Shown in pieces: positions 1 through 9,640 of a stretch of 64,000 nucleotides of DNA. Every line of letters begins with the position of its first letter. Position 1 is the stretch's first letter. Position numbers and translations under genes: made by a program. The stretch spans positions 91,255 through 155,254 of the forward strand of contig JAXSMZ010000002.1 in assembly GCA_037924335.1 (NCBI GenBank), given 5' to 3'. Below the pieces are notes generated by a model that was not told where the DNA came from, made no database searches, and was given only the letters and a program-made list of their open reading frames with translations. Source of the stretch: Aquificaceae bacterium. GTDB lineage: Bacteria > Aquificota > Aquificia > Aquificales > Aquificaceae.

Positions 1-1190
1 TTGGGAGTAGCTACGTATCTTTTCTTATGAGGCTTGTGGAGGATGCTTTAAAGAAAAAGCCAAAAGTGCAGAGGTTGGCCGATAAGGTTTCTCATTACTT
101 TGTACAGTTTGTAGTGGTTTTATCCATCGTTGTTTTTACCCTCTGGTATCTCAAGAGTGGGGACATTCAAAAGAGCTTTAGCTTTGGACTCTCCGTCCTT
201 GTTGTATCGTGCCCTTGCGCTTTTGGTATAGCTGTACCCCTTTCCGTAACAGTAGGCCTTCTTAGAGCTTACAGAAAAGGTCTTCTGGTGAAAAATCCTG
301 AGGTTTTCGAAAGACTGAGCGAGCTGAACCTTATAATCTTAGACAAGACAGGAACTCTGACGGAGGGAAAATATAAAGTTACAAAGGCTCAACTCGACAA
401 AGAAGAACACATAAACTTAGCATACTCTCTATCAAAAGTCTCTAACCACCCCTACGCCAAAGCTATAAAAGAGTACTGCAAAGGGTTTGGAGCCAATGAA
501 ATGTCCCTGCACACATGCAAGGAGGTTCCGGGGAGAGGCATTTACTGCGATGAGTACTTCTTAGGTAATCCAAAGGAGATAGGGGTGGACTCTTCAAACT
601 CAACGGTAGTCCTTGCAAAGGATGGAAAACTTCTAGCCTCCTTTCATATTCAAGATAGGGGTATATCGGAGGGAACATATCAAGCTGTGAACTACTTGAA
701 AAAAAGAAACATAAAGGTAGTGATGGTAACTGGAGATAACGAAGATAGAGCTAAAGAAGTTGCAAATCTGCTGGGTATAGAGAGTTTTTATGCAAAAGTT
801 AGCCCAGAAGGGAAGCTTGAACTGCTCGAGCTTTATCAAAAAGAGGGTTATAAGGTTGGTATGGTCGGGGATGGAATAAACGACGCACCGAGCATGGCTA
901 AAGCTTACGTCTCTTTTGCGGTTGGGTCTGGTGCAGATATAACTAAAAAGGTATGCGATATTGTCCTTCTCTCTGGCATAGAAGGGCTGAAGGATGCCTT
1001 TGAGCTTGGTGATAAAACATACAGGCGCATAAGACAGAACATCTTCTGGGCTTTGATCTATAACGTGCTTAGTATACCCATAGCTGGAGGTTTGCTATCT
1101 CTTTATGGCATAGCGTTAAAGCCTGAGATAGCCGGTCTTATGATGGCACTTTCATCTCTCAGTGTGGTACTAAATTCTGTCAGAAGATAA
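1..1190 (+). CDS. Heavy-metal (Cu-type) P1B ATPase, 3' part; frame is open to the window start
   Basis: CPC transmembrane motif, DKTGTLT phosphorylation site, HP motif, GDGINDAP hinge, YN...MALSS. Confidence 0.9.
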   Translation, partial: GSSYVSFLMRLVEDALKKKPKVQRLADKVSHYFVQFVVVLSIVVFTLWYLKSGDIQKSFSFGLSVLVVSCPCAFGIAVPLSVTVGLLRAYRKGLLVKNPEVFERLSELNLIILDKTGTLTEGKYKVTKAQLDKEEHINLAYSLSKVSNHPYAKAIKEYCKGFGANEMSLHTCKEVPGRGIYCDEYFLGNPKEIGVDSSNSTVVLAKDGKLLASFHIQDRGISEGTYQAVNYLKKRNIKVVMVTGDNEDRAKEVANLLGIESFYAKVSPEGKLELLELYQKEGYKVGMVGDGINDAPSMAKAYVSFAVGSGADITKKVCDIVLLSGIEGLKDAFELGDKTYRRIRQNIFWALIYNVLSIPIAGGLLSLYGIALKPEIAGLMMALSSLSVVLNSVRR

Positions 1191-1197
1191 AAATTCA

Positions 1198-1206
1198 TGT
1201 TATAAT
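1198..1206 (+). promoter_or_regulatory. Extended -10 promoter (TGnTATAAT) upstream of rpsP
   Basis: TGTTATAAT about 30 nt before the ATG, followed by an AGGAGG RBS. Confidence 0.55.
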
Positions 1207-1235
1207 TTATAAACTCACTGCAGCAGGAGGTAAAT

Positions 1236-1472
1236 ATGGCTTTGAGGATAAGGCTTGCAAGGTTTGGAAGGACACATCATCCTATATACAGGATAGTTGT
1301 GATGGATGCACGTTCACCAAGAGAAGGAAAGTACATAGATATACTTGGAACATACGACCCTATAAGGAGAGACCTGAGCATTAAAGAAGAAAAAGTAAAG
1401 GAATGGATATCAAAGGGTGCGAAGCTTACAGATCGCACAAAAAGCCTTTTCAAAAATGCAAAAATACTCTAA
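1236..1472 (+). CDS. rpsP: 30S ribosomal protein S16
   Basis: MALRIRLARFGR..PIYRIVV.D.RSPREG..I..LGTYDP signature. Confidence 0.98.
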   Translation: MALRIRLARFGRTHHPIYRIVVMDARSPREGKYIDILGTYDPIRRDLSIKEEKVKEWISKGAKLTDRTKSLFKNAKIL

Positions 1473-1484
1473 AGGAGGTAAAGG

Positions 1485-1724
1485 ATGAGCCAGCTAAGGG
1501 ATATTGTAGAAATAACTGCCAAGTCGCTTGTAGACAACCCAGAGAACGTGAACGTGGTCGAGATCGAAGGAGAAAAGACAGTTGTCATCGAGCTGAGGGT
1601 AAACCAGAAAGACCTGGGTAAAGTTATAGGTAAGCAGGGGAGGATAGCCAGGTCATTGAGAACCATACTCTCAGCTATGGGGAGGAGAACAAACAAAAGG
1701 GTGGTTCTTGAAATACTAGAGTAG
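1485..1724 (+). CDS. khpA: KH-domain RNA-binding protein KhpA
   Basis: LVDNPE..DLGKVIGKQGR KH motif, directly after rpsP. Confidence 0.93.
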   Translation: MSQLRDIVEITAKSLVDNPENVNVVEIEGEKTVVIELRVNQKDLGKVIGKQGRIARSLRTILSAMGRRTNKRVVLEILE

Positions 1725-1733
1725 GCTTCTTTT

Positions 1734-1749
1734 GGGGCTTTGCCCCTTT
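1734..1749 (+). terminator. Probable intrinsic terminator after khpA
   Basis: GGGGC-TTT-GCCCC hairpin followed by TTT, between convergent genes. Confidence 0.55.
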
Positions 1750-1753
1750 AATC

Positions 1754-4552
1754 TTAAAAACTACCACTCGTTCTATCGACTATATCCTTCACAATCTCCC
1801 TCTCCAGGGGTGAACTTATCTTTGGAATTATGGTGCTGAGGACTGATTCTTTAGCACTCCCAAACTTTTCAAGCCTTCTGGCACATCTTATAGTATCCCT
1901 TATAGAGAAGACAAACTCCACTGGCTCCTCCGAAAGTTGCGATTGATAGGCCCTGTAGGCCTTCCTTATGGCGTTGGCTATGCTGAGAAGGTCAAACAAA
2001 AGCCGAACCATCCTCTCCCTTTCTGATGATAAAAGACTTGCACCTCTTTCTGTTTTCACGCCGTTGACCACGTAGTACCAAAGGTAAGTAAAGTCCTCCT
2101 TTGATAGGTCGTTTAGCCCTTTAATCTGGTCCTTGAGTATTATGGCCTCGTCCGGTTGGTAGAAGCTTCCATCTGACTCGAAGGGTGGGTAGTCTATGTA
2201 GAGGATGTCAGCCCTTGACTTTATATCCTGGGGAAGCTCAGAAACTCCCAAGTAGTTTTGTGGGTTCATACCACCCAAAAGTATCACATCTCTCTCTGCT
2301 TTTATAACCTCCCCAGAAGATAGCACGAGGTATCTTCTGTAGTCAAAGAGAGGGTTAAACATCTTCACCAATGAAGGAGGAAGTGTGTTTATCTCATCGA
2401 AGTACACTATGGCACCGGGTGTCTGCAGAGCTTTTACAAGGTCTGAATAAACCTTCTTTGTTCCTCTTTTGGGGTCAAACTCGTACATGTACGTTAAGTC
2501 CTCTTTTTCCATCTTGGAGTTGCAAGGTATTATGTAAAGGGGTCTGTTTGTTAAGGCAGAAAATACCTCCACAAGGAAGTTTTTTCCAACGCCTGCATCA
2601 CCTTCAAGTATGAGAATTCCCTCTCTGTAAAGGAGCTGCTCTTTGATAAGGGATGTAAACTTCTCCAAGTTTCGAACGAACCAAGGGGTCTCTTCGTAAG
2701 ATACAAAGAGGGGAAGCCTATACTCCTGGTAAGAGAAAAGACCGTTTAGATGTCTAAGGTAGTTCTTTATCCATTTTGGTGGATGTTGAAGCTCCTGAGC
2801 CCTTAGTATGTTTATGTACCTTTTGGGTTCTCTTAAAATCCCATCTTCCCTCTCAAAAAAGACCCTTACATAAACTTGCCCATCTTGAAGGTACCTATCC
2901 TCTAAAGAGAGTTTCCAAAGGAATCTCCTTTTGCTACCGATGAATCTCTCAAACTCCTCCTTTCCAAAAACCACCCTTTCTTCGCTCACAACTATACGGT
3001 AGGTGTTTATTAAATTCTCGAGCAACCTCTCATGAACCATTCTGGAAAGCTCTTGGTTGGCGTAAAGCCTCATACTCTCAGGAAGATTTATAAACATTTC
3101 CTTTGTTTGCTTTATTTCGTCTATGCTCTCCATCTCGTCCGTACTTGAACCATGTGCATCCTTGAGCGCATGTCTTACCCTCTCAAGAGCACTTTTTATC
3201 TCTCTTTCAAAATGCTCCATGCAAGCATCCTTCAAGCTCTCCAGCAGTTCTTTTTCCCCTTGCTCTGAGTGCCTTATGCGTTCCTCTATGTGCTTTACGT
3301 CATCTCCAGTGAGCGTAGAGTTCTCCATTTTCTTCTTTACATTCTCCATAAAGAGGTGTAGCTTTTTTCTCCTTATATCTTCTTGAGCGTTGCTTATAAG
3401 TTCCCTTACCCTTTTTATTGGAGCATCGGAGAGTAAAAGCTCCCTGTACTCTTTCATGCTTTCGACCCCTTCTTCCGAGTTCACAGCTTGAAGCTTTCTC
3501 TGAAACTGTGCATAAAGTTTTTCTGCGTTCTTTATGAATTGCCTTTGCCTCTCCTTTGGATAGTAAAAGTCCAAAAGGTTGGAGCCAAACTTGGCAAGGT
3601 AATAAAAGCTACTGCCTTCTACCTCCTTGCGTATGCATGTGTATATGCCCCCATCAGGACTTACCTTTACAAGGGAGTAGCCCAAACCTTCAAGAGTGGT
3701 AACGTGAGATATGCTCCTTAAATCGATCACATCAAGCTTGTTTTCCTGAGCATCTGCCACAAAAGCTATCCTACCATCTGGGGATATATCCACACTGGCT
3801 GGATTTACCTGAATGTCTATCCTTCCTACCTCTTCGTAACGTTCAAGGTCATACAGGACTATCTGGTTTTCATCCCCAAAGAGGGCCATTTTATCAGTAA
3901 GGCAGAAGACTCCAGAGTAAGGTAGTCTCTTTATGAGATTCCCACCTATTCCGTAAATGCTGGATGCTTCTTTACCCCCAAGGAGCAACCTGTTGCCATC
4001 GATGAACCTTACATTTTTCACCTCACCCATGTTGGATTCTTTGTAGTCCAAGGTTCTAAGGCTGACTTCACCACCAAGGGTTACAAGGTATAATCTCTCT
4101 CCTACAACACCAAAGACCAGAGTGCCATTTCTTATATCGAGTCCAGAGGAAGCTCTCATCCCTTCTTGAGATAGCTTGCTCAGCTTCCAACTGCTTGGCT
4201 TCTCTTTCTGTGTTATGCTGTAAATGATAACGGAAGGGGGCATAAGAAGTGCAAGGTAGTTGCCTCTAAAAAGTATATCTGTTACGGTATGTGCTGGTGG
4301 TCTTGGTGGTAACTTATGAAGGGAGCCCTTCCAATCGTAAAGCTGTAGTATACCGTGCCTTCTTCCTACCAGTGTCCAGAAACCGTCCTCTGAAATTCCA
4401 ATGCTTTCGACCCAAAATTCCTCTATTCGTGTATCTCTGTCACTTTCTAAGTTTTCCTCCCAAAGTCTTAGCTCCTCATCCCCAAGCTGTATGACTGTAT
4501 ACTCTCTTCTTTGTTCCTTTTTCTTCTGTAGAATCCTCTGTAAAAAGCTCAT
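1754..4552 (-). CDS. Large AAA+ ATPase (MoxR/dynein-related type) with N-terminal beta-propeller-like region
   Basis: Walker A GDAGVGKN and Walker B VYFDEIN; WD40/YVTN-like repeats (DISPDG, VSPDG) in the N-terminus; start moved to MSFLQ. Confidence 0.75.
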   Translation of the reverse strand: MSFLQRILQKKKEQRREYTVIQLGDEELRLWEENLESDRDTRIEEFWVESIGISEDGFWTLVGRRHGILQLYDWKGSLHKLPPRPPAHTVTDILFRGNYLALLMPPSVIIYSITQKEKPSSWKLSKLSQEGMRASSGLDIRNGTLVFGVVGERLYLVTLGGEVSLRTLDYKESNMGEVKNVRFIDGNRLLLGGKEASSIYGIGGNLIKRLPYSGVFCLTDKMALFGDENQIVLYDLERYEEVGRIDIQVNPASVDISPDGRIAFVADAQENKLDVIDLRSISHVTTLEGLGYSLVKVSPDGGIYTCIRKEVEGSSFYYLAKFGSNLLDFYYPKERQRQFIKNAEKLYAQFQRKLQAVNSEEGVESMKEYRELLLSDAPIKRVRELISNAQEDIRRKKLHLFMENVKKKMENSTLTGDDVKHIEERIRHSEQGEKELLESLKDACMEHFEREIKSALERVRHALKDAHGSSTDEMESIDEIKQTKEMFINLPESMRLYANQELSRMVHERLLENLINTYRIVVSEERVVFGKEEFERFIGSKRRFLWKLSLEDRYLQDGQVYVRVFFEREDGILREPKRYINILRAQELQHPPKWIKNYLRHLNGLFSYQEYRLPLFVSYEETPWFVRNLEKFTSLIKEQLLYREGILILEGDAGVGKNFLVEVFSALTNRPLYIIPCNSKMEKEDLTYMYEFDPKRGTKKVYSDLVKALQTPGAIVYFDEINTLPPSLVKMFNPLFDYRRYLVLSSGEVIKAERDVILLGGMNPQNYLGVSELPQDIKSRADILYIDYPPFESDGSFYQPDEAIILKDQIKGLNDLSKEDFTYLWYYVVNGVKTERGASLLSSERERMVRLLFDLLSIANAIRKAYRAYQSQLSEEPVEFVFSIRDTIRCARRLEKFGSAKESVLSTIIPKISSPLEREIVKDIVDRTSGSF

Positions 4553-4597
4553 GGTATAATCATAGGTTATAAGATCCACCAAATAGTATGATATTTC

Positions 4598-5029
4598 TTA
4601 GCATAGTTTCTCTGGAATGTAAAGATAACCTAAGACTGCTCCCCATATCACGTGGAGCAAGAATAAAGATACATGAAAGCTGTAAGAGGAGTAAATTAAA
4701 GACCTCATAAAAGTAGCTCCACCTTGAGAGGTTAAGAAGGCAAATAGTATAACGCATACATGCCAGATCACTCCAAACACTAATCCTTTTTTCAGTCCCG
4801 AAGTCCCAGGCAACATGCTGTAAACCTTTGGGTTTACAAAAACAAGAGACAGTATGGAAGAGTTTATCGTATGTCCAATAACTACAGCAAGACCTTCAAA
4901 GCCCTCAAACATTCCAAAATGCCTTACTATATCTTCGTACTTTACATAAGTACCAAAGAGTCCAAGGAACCCATCCAACATAATGTCTATACCCATCATC
5001 ACGTATCCAGCAACAAAGGAAGAGAACAA
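4598..5029 (-). CDS. Hypothetical integral membrane protein (about 4 TM)
   Basis: Hydrophobic segments with a GLVFG..W...LLHVIWGAVLG pattern. Confidence 0.6.
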   Translation of the reverse strand: MFSSFVAGYVMMGIDIMLDGFLGLFGTYVKYEDIVRHFGMFEGFEGLAVVIGHTINSSILSLVFVNPKVYSMLPGTSGLKKGLVFGVIWHVCVILFAFLTSQGGATFMRSLIYSSYSFHVSLFLLHVIWGAVLGYLYIPEKLC

Positions 5030-5051
5030 ATAACTCCAGAAATTTACTCCT

Positions 5052-5468
5052 TTAACTACCCCAAGGTACTTTTACACCTCCATGCTTCTCGGAGAGAAGA
5101 TTATCAAGGATCAGTTTTGCTTGATGTTGCACGATAGGGTATCTATGACGTGTGAGTTTTTGAAGAAGACTTAGAATCTCAGGGATTTTCATCAAGGCAA
5201 GAGCCTTGACCATCTCTACAAGAACCATGGGATTTTCTTCTTCTTCCATGATCTTCTCTATGTCTGGCAGAGCATTATAAAGGTTCTTCTTAACTATGGT
5301 ATAAAAAACAGACAGCTTCACTTCTCTTATTGGATGCCTAAGGCCCATTACTAACTTTTTCTCATAAGGTAATCTGTGGAAAAGTGTAAGATCGTACCCG
5401 CAGTGCGGACACTTTTTGTCTTCCTCAGACACCGTATGCCAACAGTTCGGACAGAAGTAAGTGATCAT
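5052..5468 (-). CDS. Zinc-ribbon plus HEAT-repeat protein
   Basis: CPNC..CPHCG at the N-terminus, followed by HEAT-like helical repeats. Confidence 0.7.
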   Translation of the reverse strand: MITYFCPNCWHTVSEEDKKCPHCGYDLTLFHRLPYEKKLVMGLRHPIREVKLSVFYTIVKKNLYNALPDIEKIMEEEENPMVLVEMVKALALMKIPEILSLLQKLTRHRYPIVQHQAKLILDNLLSEKHGGVKVPWGS

Positions 5469-5552
5469 ACCCAAAGTTTAATATATACGCTGGGTGAGAA
5501 CATCTCAACTACTTCATAAGAAGGTTCTTTATTATCTCAGCAACCACATCTA

Positions 5553-7244
5553 TCAAGATGATCCGGACAGATACTTTTTGACCTCCTGCTTCAAACTTGG
5601 GTTTATGCCTAACCTTTTGAGCCTTTGCTCGTCAGCTTCCAAAAACTCGTATAGGTTCTCAAAATTTCTGTATATTAGCTTTCTTTTTACTTCACCTATA
5701 CCTTTTATATGACTAAGAACGTCCTTCATTCCTTCCTTGAGCCTAAGGGACCTGTTGTAAGCAAGGGCAAACCTGTGAGCCTCATCCCTTATCAGTCCAA
5801 ATACCCTGTAGAGAAGCAGGTTATCCTTTAAAGACACCTCCATACCCTTTTCGCTCAGAAGCATCTCCTTCTCCTTTGCAAGGGCAAAGACATGAATGGG
5901 AAGTCCAAACTCTCTTTTTATGCTCACGGCAACATTGAGCTGCGCATAGCCTCCGTCAATAAGCCATGCATCGGGCATAACCTCATCCTTGTACCTTAGC
6001 CTCTTGGCACGCCTTGTGAGAACCTCTCTAAGGGATGAATAATCATCCATCATCTTTGAGCTTTTTATTCTGTACCTTCTGTATCCTCTTTTGTCCATAA
6101 TGCCTCCTTTCCAGACTACGCACGAGCCAACTGTATACTCTCCGTAAAAGTGGGATACATCAAAACCTTCAATGACCTTAGGCATTGGTACATGGAGTTT
6201 TCTCATAAACTCCTCTTCTAAAGCTTTCAGGTCTATGTGATGTCCTACGTTCTTCCTTATTATGTCCTCAATCTCTCTGTCTATTTTTATTAAAAACTCT
6301 GGATTTCCCCTCTTCTTTAGCCACTCTTTTACATCATCAGAGAGTTCAAAGTTGGTTATAACTCTCTCGCTCAGAGGGTTTGCATAGTAAAAGCCAAGAA
6401 GTACCTCTTCCCTCTCTTCTTCTCTCTCTAAGTATACTATCTGTTTATCAACAAGTTTTGATGTTCTTATAAGAAAGATACCGAGCATTTTACCAACTGA
6501 GTAAAAGATGTCTCCATGCCTGAGAGGTATGCCAGAGACCTTCTGACCCTTTGCAAGGTTTTCCAAAGCATATATCTGGTCCCTTATCTGGGCGCATTTT
6601 TCAAACTGTAAGTTCGATGAGTACTCCTCTATAGCCATATAGAGCTCCTCCAGTACGCTTGAGACATCTCCAGAGAGCAAAGACATGGCAGACCTCACAG
6701 CAAGGTTGTATTCCCTCTTTGATATGTAGCCACAGCATGGGGCGGAGCATAGTCCCAAGTGGTAATCCATGCATGGTTCTCTTCTTATGGGCATAGGGTC
6801 GCACGTTCTGATCTTAAACAGTTTGTGGATGAGCTTTTTTATCTTCCTTGCCTTTCCCACGCTAAAGAATGGACCAAAAGCCTTCTCCTGCAAGTCCTTT
6901 CCCCTTGACACCTTAACAGTGGGATAATCTTCTCCTGTTATTACAAGCAGGGGATAGCCGCTACCGTATTTGTGTAGCACGTTATATTTTGGCTTGTGAA
7001 GCTGTATAAGGTCTATCTCTAAGGTGAGAGCTTCAAACTCATTCCTTGTGAGTATCCACTCAACGCTGTCAGAGCCCTTTATAATGCTTCTCTCCTTGTT
7101 ATCTTTTTCCATCTGCCTGAAGTGCTGAAGGAGTCTGTCTTTTATGTTTTTTGCCTTCCCTACGTAAAGCACCCTGCTCGTCTTCTTAAAAAGGTAAACA
7201 CCAACTTTCTCAGGAGCCGTCTGGATAACTTCCAAAGATATCAT
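5553..7244 (-). CDS. uvrC: Excinuclease ABC subunit C
   Basis: GIY-YIG (GVYLF..LYVGKAKN), FEKCAQIRD, IEGFDVSH, IDGG, RDEAHRFA, HhH. Confidence 0.96.
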   Translation of the reverse strand: MISLEVIQTAPEKVGVYLFKKTSRVLYVGKAKNIKDRLLQHFRQMEKDNKERSIIKGSDSVEWILTRNEFEALTLEIDLIQLHKPKYNVLHKYGSGYPLLVITGEDYPTVKVSRGKDLQEKAFGPFFSVGKARKIKKLIHKLFKIRTCDPMPIRREPCMDYHLGLCSAPCCGYISKREYNLAVRSAMSLLSGDVSSVLEELYMAIEEYSSNLQFEKCAQIRDQIYALENLAKGQKVSGIPLRHGDIFYSVGKMLGIFLIRTSKLVDKQIVYLEREEEREEVLLGFYYANPLSERVITNFELSDDVKEWLKKRGNPEFLIKIDREIEDIIRKNVGHHIDLKALEEEFMRKLHVPMPKVIEGFDVSHFYGEYTVGSCVVWKGGIMDKRGYRRYRIKSSKMMDDYSSLREVLTRRAKRLRYKDEVMPDAWLIDGGYAQLNVAVSIKREFGLPIHVFALAKEKEMLLSEKGMEVSLKDNLLLYRVFGLIRDEAHRFALAYNRSLRLKEGMKDVLSHIKGIGEVKRKLIYRNFENLYEFLEADEQRLKRLGINPSLKQEVKKYLSGSS

Positions 7245-7258
7245 CTTTACACAAGTTA

Positions 7259-8581
7259 TTAATCTAACCCGCTTTTAGAACCTATCAAAGATAAAGCTCT
7301 GTCCATCTCCTCCCTTTTCCTCTTTTCCGTTACTGCTATAAGGAGAGTGTCCCTGTAACCCCATCTTTCCAAGGATACTCCAAAGAGAAAGCCATGGTCT
7401 AAGAGCTCTTTACGTATACGGTTGGCTCTGGGGTGCTTGAGGGGAAATTCCCACAAGTGCTTACCGCTGAAGACATCTTCAAAACCTAACTCTAATAGTT
7501 TACTCTTTAGATAAAGGGCCTTTGATATACTCTGATGAGCAACCTCTCTGATACCTTCTTTCCCCAAAAGAACCATGTAAATGGCGTTGGCAATAACCAT
7601 CAAGTTTTGATTGGTACAGATGTTTGATGTGGCTTTCTCCCTTCTTATGTGCTGCTCCCTTGTTTGAAGCACTAAGGTGAAAGCCCTTCTTCCCTCAATG
7701 TCTTCGCCAAGACCAGTGACCCTTCCAGGCATCTTCCTTACGTACTCTTTCTTTGTTGCAAAAAAGCCTGCGTAAGGACCGCCAAAGCTCAAGGGTATAC
7801 CGAGCTGTTGCCCTTCTCCAACAACTATGTCTGCTCCAAATTCACCTGGAGGCTTTAGAAGAGCAAGAGCTATTGGGTCTGCCACAACTACAAAGAGAAC
7901 AGACCTCTCTTTTGCAAGCTTGCCTATTTCTGTAAGGGGCTCAACAAAACCTAAGAAGTTGGGATACTGAACAGCTATAGCATAAGCGTCATCCAAGCTC
8001 TTCTCAAGAATATTCAGGTCAGTATACCCATCATGGTATAAGGGAACCGTTAGAATTTCATCCTTATGCCCCATAAGATAGGTGTGCACAACGCTCTTGT
8101 AGAAGGGATGCACACCTTCTGAAAGTACAACCCTTTTTCCACTCCCCTTTATAGACCTTGCCATGAGTATAGCCTCTGCTAAGGCTGATGCACCATCGTA
8201 AACACCGGCGCTTGCTACATCCATACCAGTAAGCTGACAGATTAGCGTTTGGTATTCAAAAAGGGCTTGAAGAGTTCCCTGTGATGCTTCAGCTTGGTAA
8301 GGAGTGTAAGATGTTAAAAACTCCCCCCTGTTTAGGATCTGCCATATGGCGGATGGCACTATCCTATCGTAGGCTCCAAAGCCAGCAAAGGTTATCAATA
8401 CCCTGTTCTTTGAGGAGATCTTTCTAAAGGTTTCTCTTATCTCCTCCTCAGATAGGGGTAGGTCAAGCTTTGGAGGTATTAGCAAGCCTTTTTCTATATG
8501 TGAAAAGAGGTCCTCAAGGGAAGAAAGGCCTAAGCTTTTGAGTATTTCCTTTACTTCTTCATCCGAATGGGGAATGTACAT
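7259..8581 (-). CDS. gcvPA: Glycine dehydrogenase (decarboxylating) subunit 1
   Basis: TSYTPYQAEASQG, GGPYAG, LQTREQHIRREKATSNICTNQ. Confidence 0.95.
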   Translation of the reverse strand: MYIPHSDEEVKEILKSLGLSSLEDLFSHIEKGLLIPPKLDLPLSEEEIRETFRKISSKNRVLITFAGFGAYDRIVPSAIWQILNRGEFLTSYTPYQAEASQGTLQALFEYQTLICQLTGMDVASAGVYDGASALAEAILMARSIKGSGKRVVLSEGVHPFYKSVVHTYLMGHKDEILTVPLYHDGYTDLNILEKSLDDAYAIAVQYPNFLGFVEPLTEIGKLAKERSVLFVVVADPIALALLKPPGEFGADIVVGEGQQLGIPLSFGGPYAGFFATKKEYVRKMPGRVTGLGEDIEGRRAFTLVLQTREQHIRREKATSNICTNQNLMVIANAIYMVLLGKEGIREVAHQSISKALYLKSKLLELGFEDVFSGKHLWEFPLKHPRANRIRKELLDHGFLFGVSLERWGYRDTLLIAVTEKRKREEMDRALSLIGSKSGLD

Positions 8582-9102
8582 TATTTCTCTCTTTCCTCAT
8601 AACCGAGCTCTTCTTCCGGTAGCGATTCAATGGACTCTTCGTAAGATGGTGTTATCTCCTCTTCCAAAAGCACCTCTTCTCCCTTCTCGTCTTTTATAAC
8701 TTCAACTAGAAGCTCCGCATAATCCTGCGCTGGCATCAGGTCTTCTATCTCTATTGGGTCTGATATCTCTATAACGGCTATCCATCCATCATCGTAAGGG
8801 GACTCATTTATAAGGTGAGGCTCATCAACAAGCTGTTCATTTACCTCCACAACAGTTCCAGATAGCGGGGAGTAAACTGGGGAAATGTTCTTAACAGATT
8901 CTATGTTTGCCATGGTGTCCGCACTTTCAAAGCTCTGTCCTACAGAGGGCAAATCCACATAGACTATATCCCCAAGCTCCTTCTGAGCATAGTCCGTTAT
9001 TCCTACCCAGGCTCTGTTACCCTTAACAAGCACCCACTCATGCTCTTTTGTGTAATACCTATCCGTCCTAACTGTATACTTACCTACAGTTATCTCATCC
9101 AT
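8581..9102 (-). CDS. gcvH: Glycine cleavage H (lipoyl carrier) protein with acidic C-terminal tail
   Basis: YTKEHEW..VGITDYAQ.ELGDIVYV, ESVK lipoyl lysine, INESPYDDGW. Confidence 0.92.
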   Translation of the reverse strand: MDEITVGKYTVRTDRYYTKEHEWVLVKGNRAWVGITDYAQKELGDIVYVDLPSVGQSFESADTMANIESVKNISPVYSPLSGTVVEVNEQLVDEPHLINESPYDDGWIAVIEISDPIEIEDLMPAQDYAELLVEVIKDEKGEEVLLEEEITPSYEESIESLPEEELGYEEREK

Positions 9103-9595
9103 TTTCCAAACCTCCTAAAACTTCATAATCTATTCCATAATCTTCCTTTACCAACCTCATAACTTCTAAGAAGTCTCTCTCTTCGCTTAAAAACCTTTCC
9201 ATTGTTCTGATCACATAATCCAAGTCTATAAGCTTTATCATCGCTATCCCTTTCCAACCAATCTCAGCAACGGATAGTATGTTCTTCCTCCTCTGACTTA
9301 TAAATTTTATTATCTTCTCTTTTGTAGGCAATTCTTTACCGTCAAGGACAAGAACGTCGTTGCCCCTTAGCTTCCTAAAGCCTTTGTATATGCCATAGAA
9401 TAGAGTATCCTTGTCATTTTTTATAAATACAAGGTCGGGGAATTTATCGATGAAGTTTTTCATCTCAGAAGTTATGACAGCATACAAACTGTCCGGTCCT
9501 ATTAGCTTTTTCAGGAGTTTTATATTCTCCTCAAGCCTGCCAACAAAATCTTTATCCCCAAGCAGTTTTGAGTAAAGCACTATCAGAACTCTCAT
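9095..9595 (-). CDS. Hypothetical protein, possibly nucleotidyltransferase-like fold
   Basis: ORF overlapping the gcvH start; likely start MRVLIVLY; weak GIYKGF..L....VLVLDG similarity. Confidence 0.55.
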   Translation of the reverse strand: MRVLIVLYSKLLGDKDFVGRLEENIKLLKKLIGPDSLYAVITSEMKNFIDKFPDLVFIKNDKDTLFYGIYKGFRKLRGNDVLVLDGKELPTKEKIIKFISQRRKNILSVAEIGWKGIAMIKLIDLDYVIRTMERFLSEERDFLEVMRLVKEDYGIDYEVLGGLENG

Positions 9596-9640
9596 AAGTT
9601 GTATAATATTATAAAGCTTTTTACTTCTGTGGAGGTTGAA

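Noticed and set aside
1236..1724. rpsP-khpA not followed by rimM-trmD (rimM is at 60043-60570)
   Set aside because: Operon scrambling is general in this window and lineage; there is no sign of a specific rearrangement.
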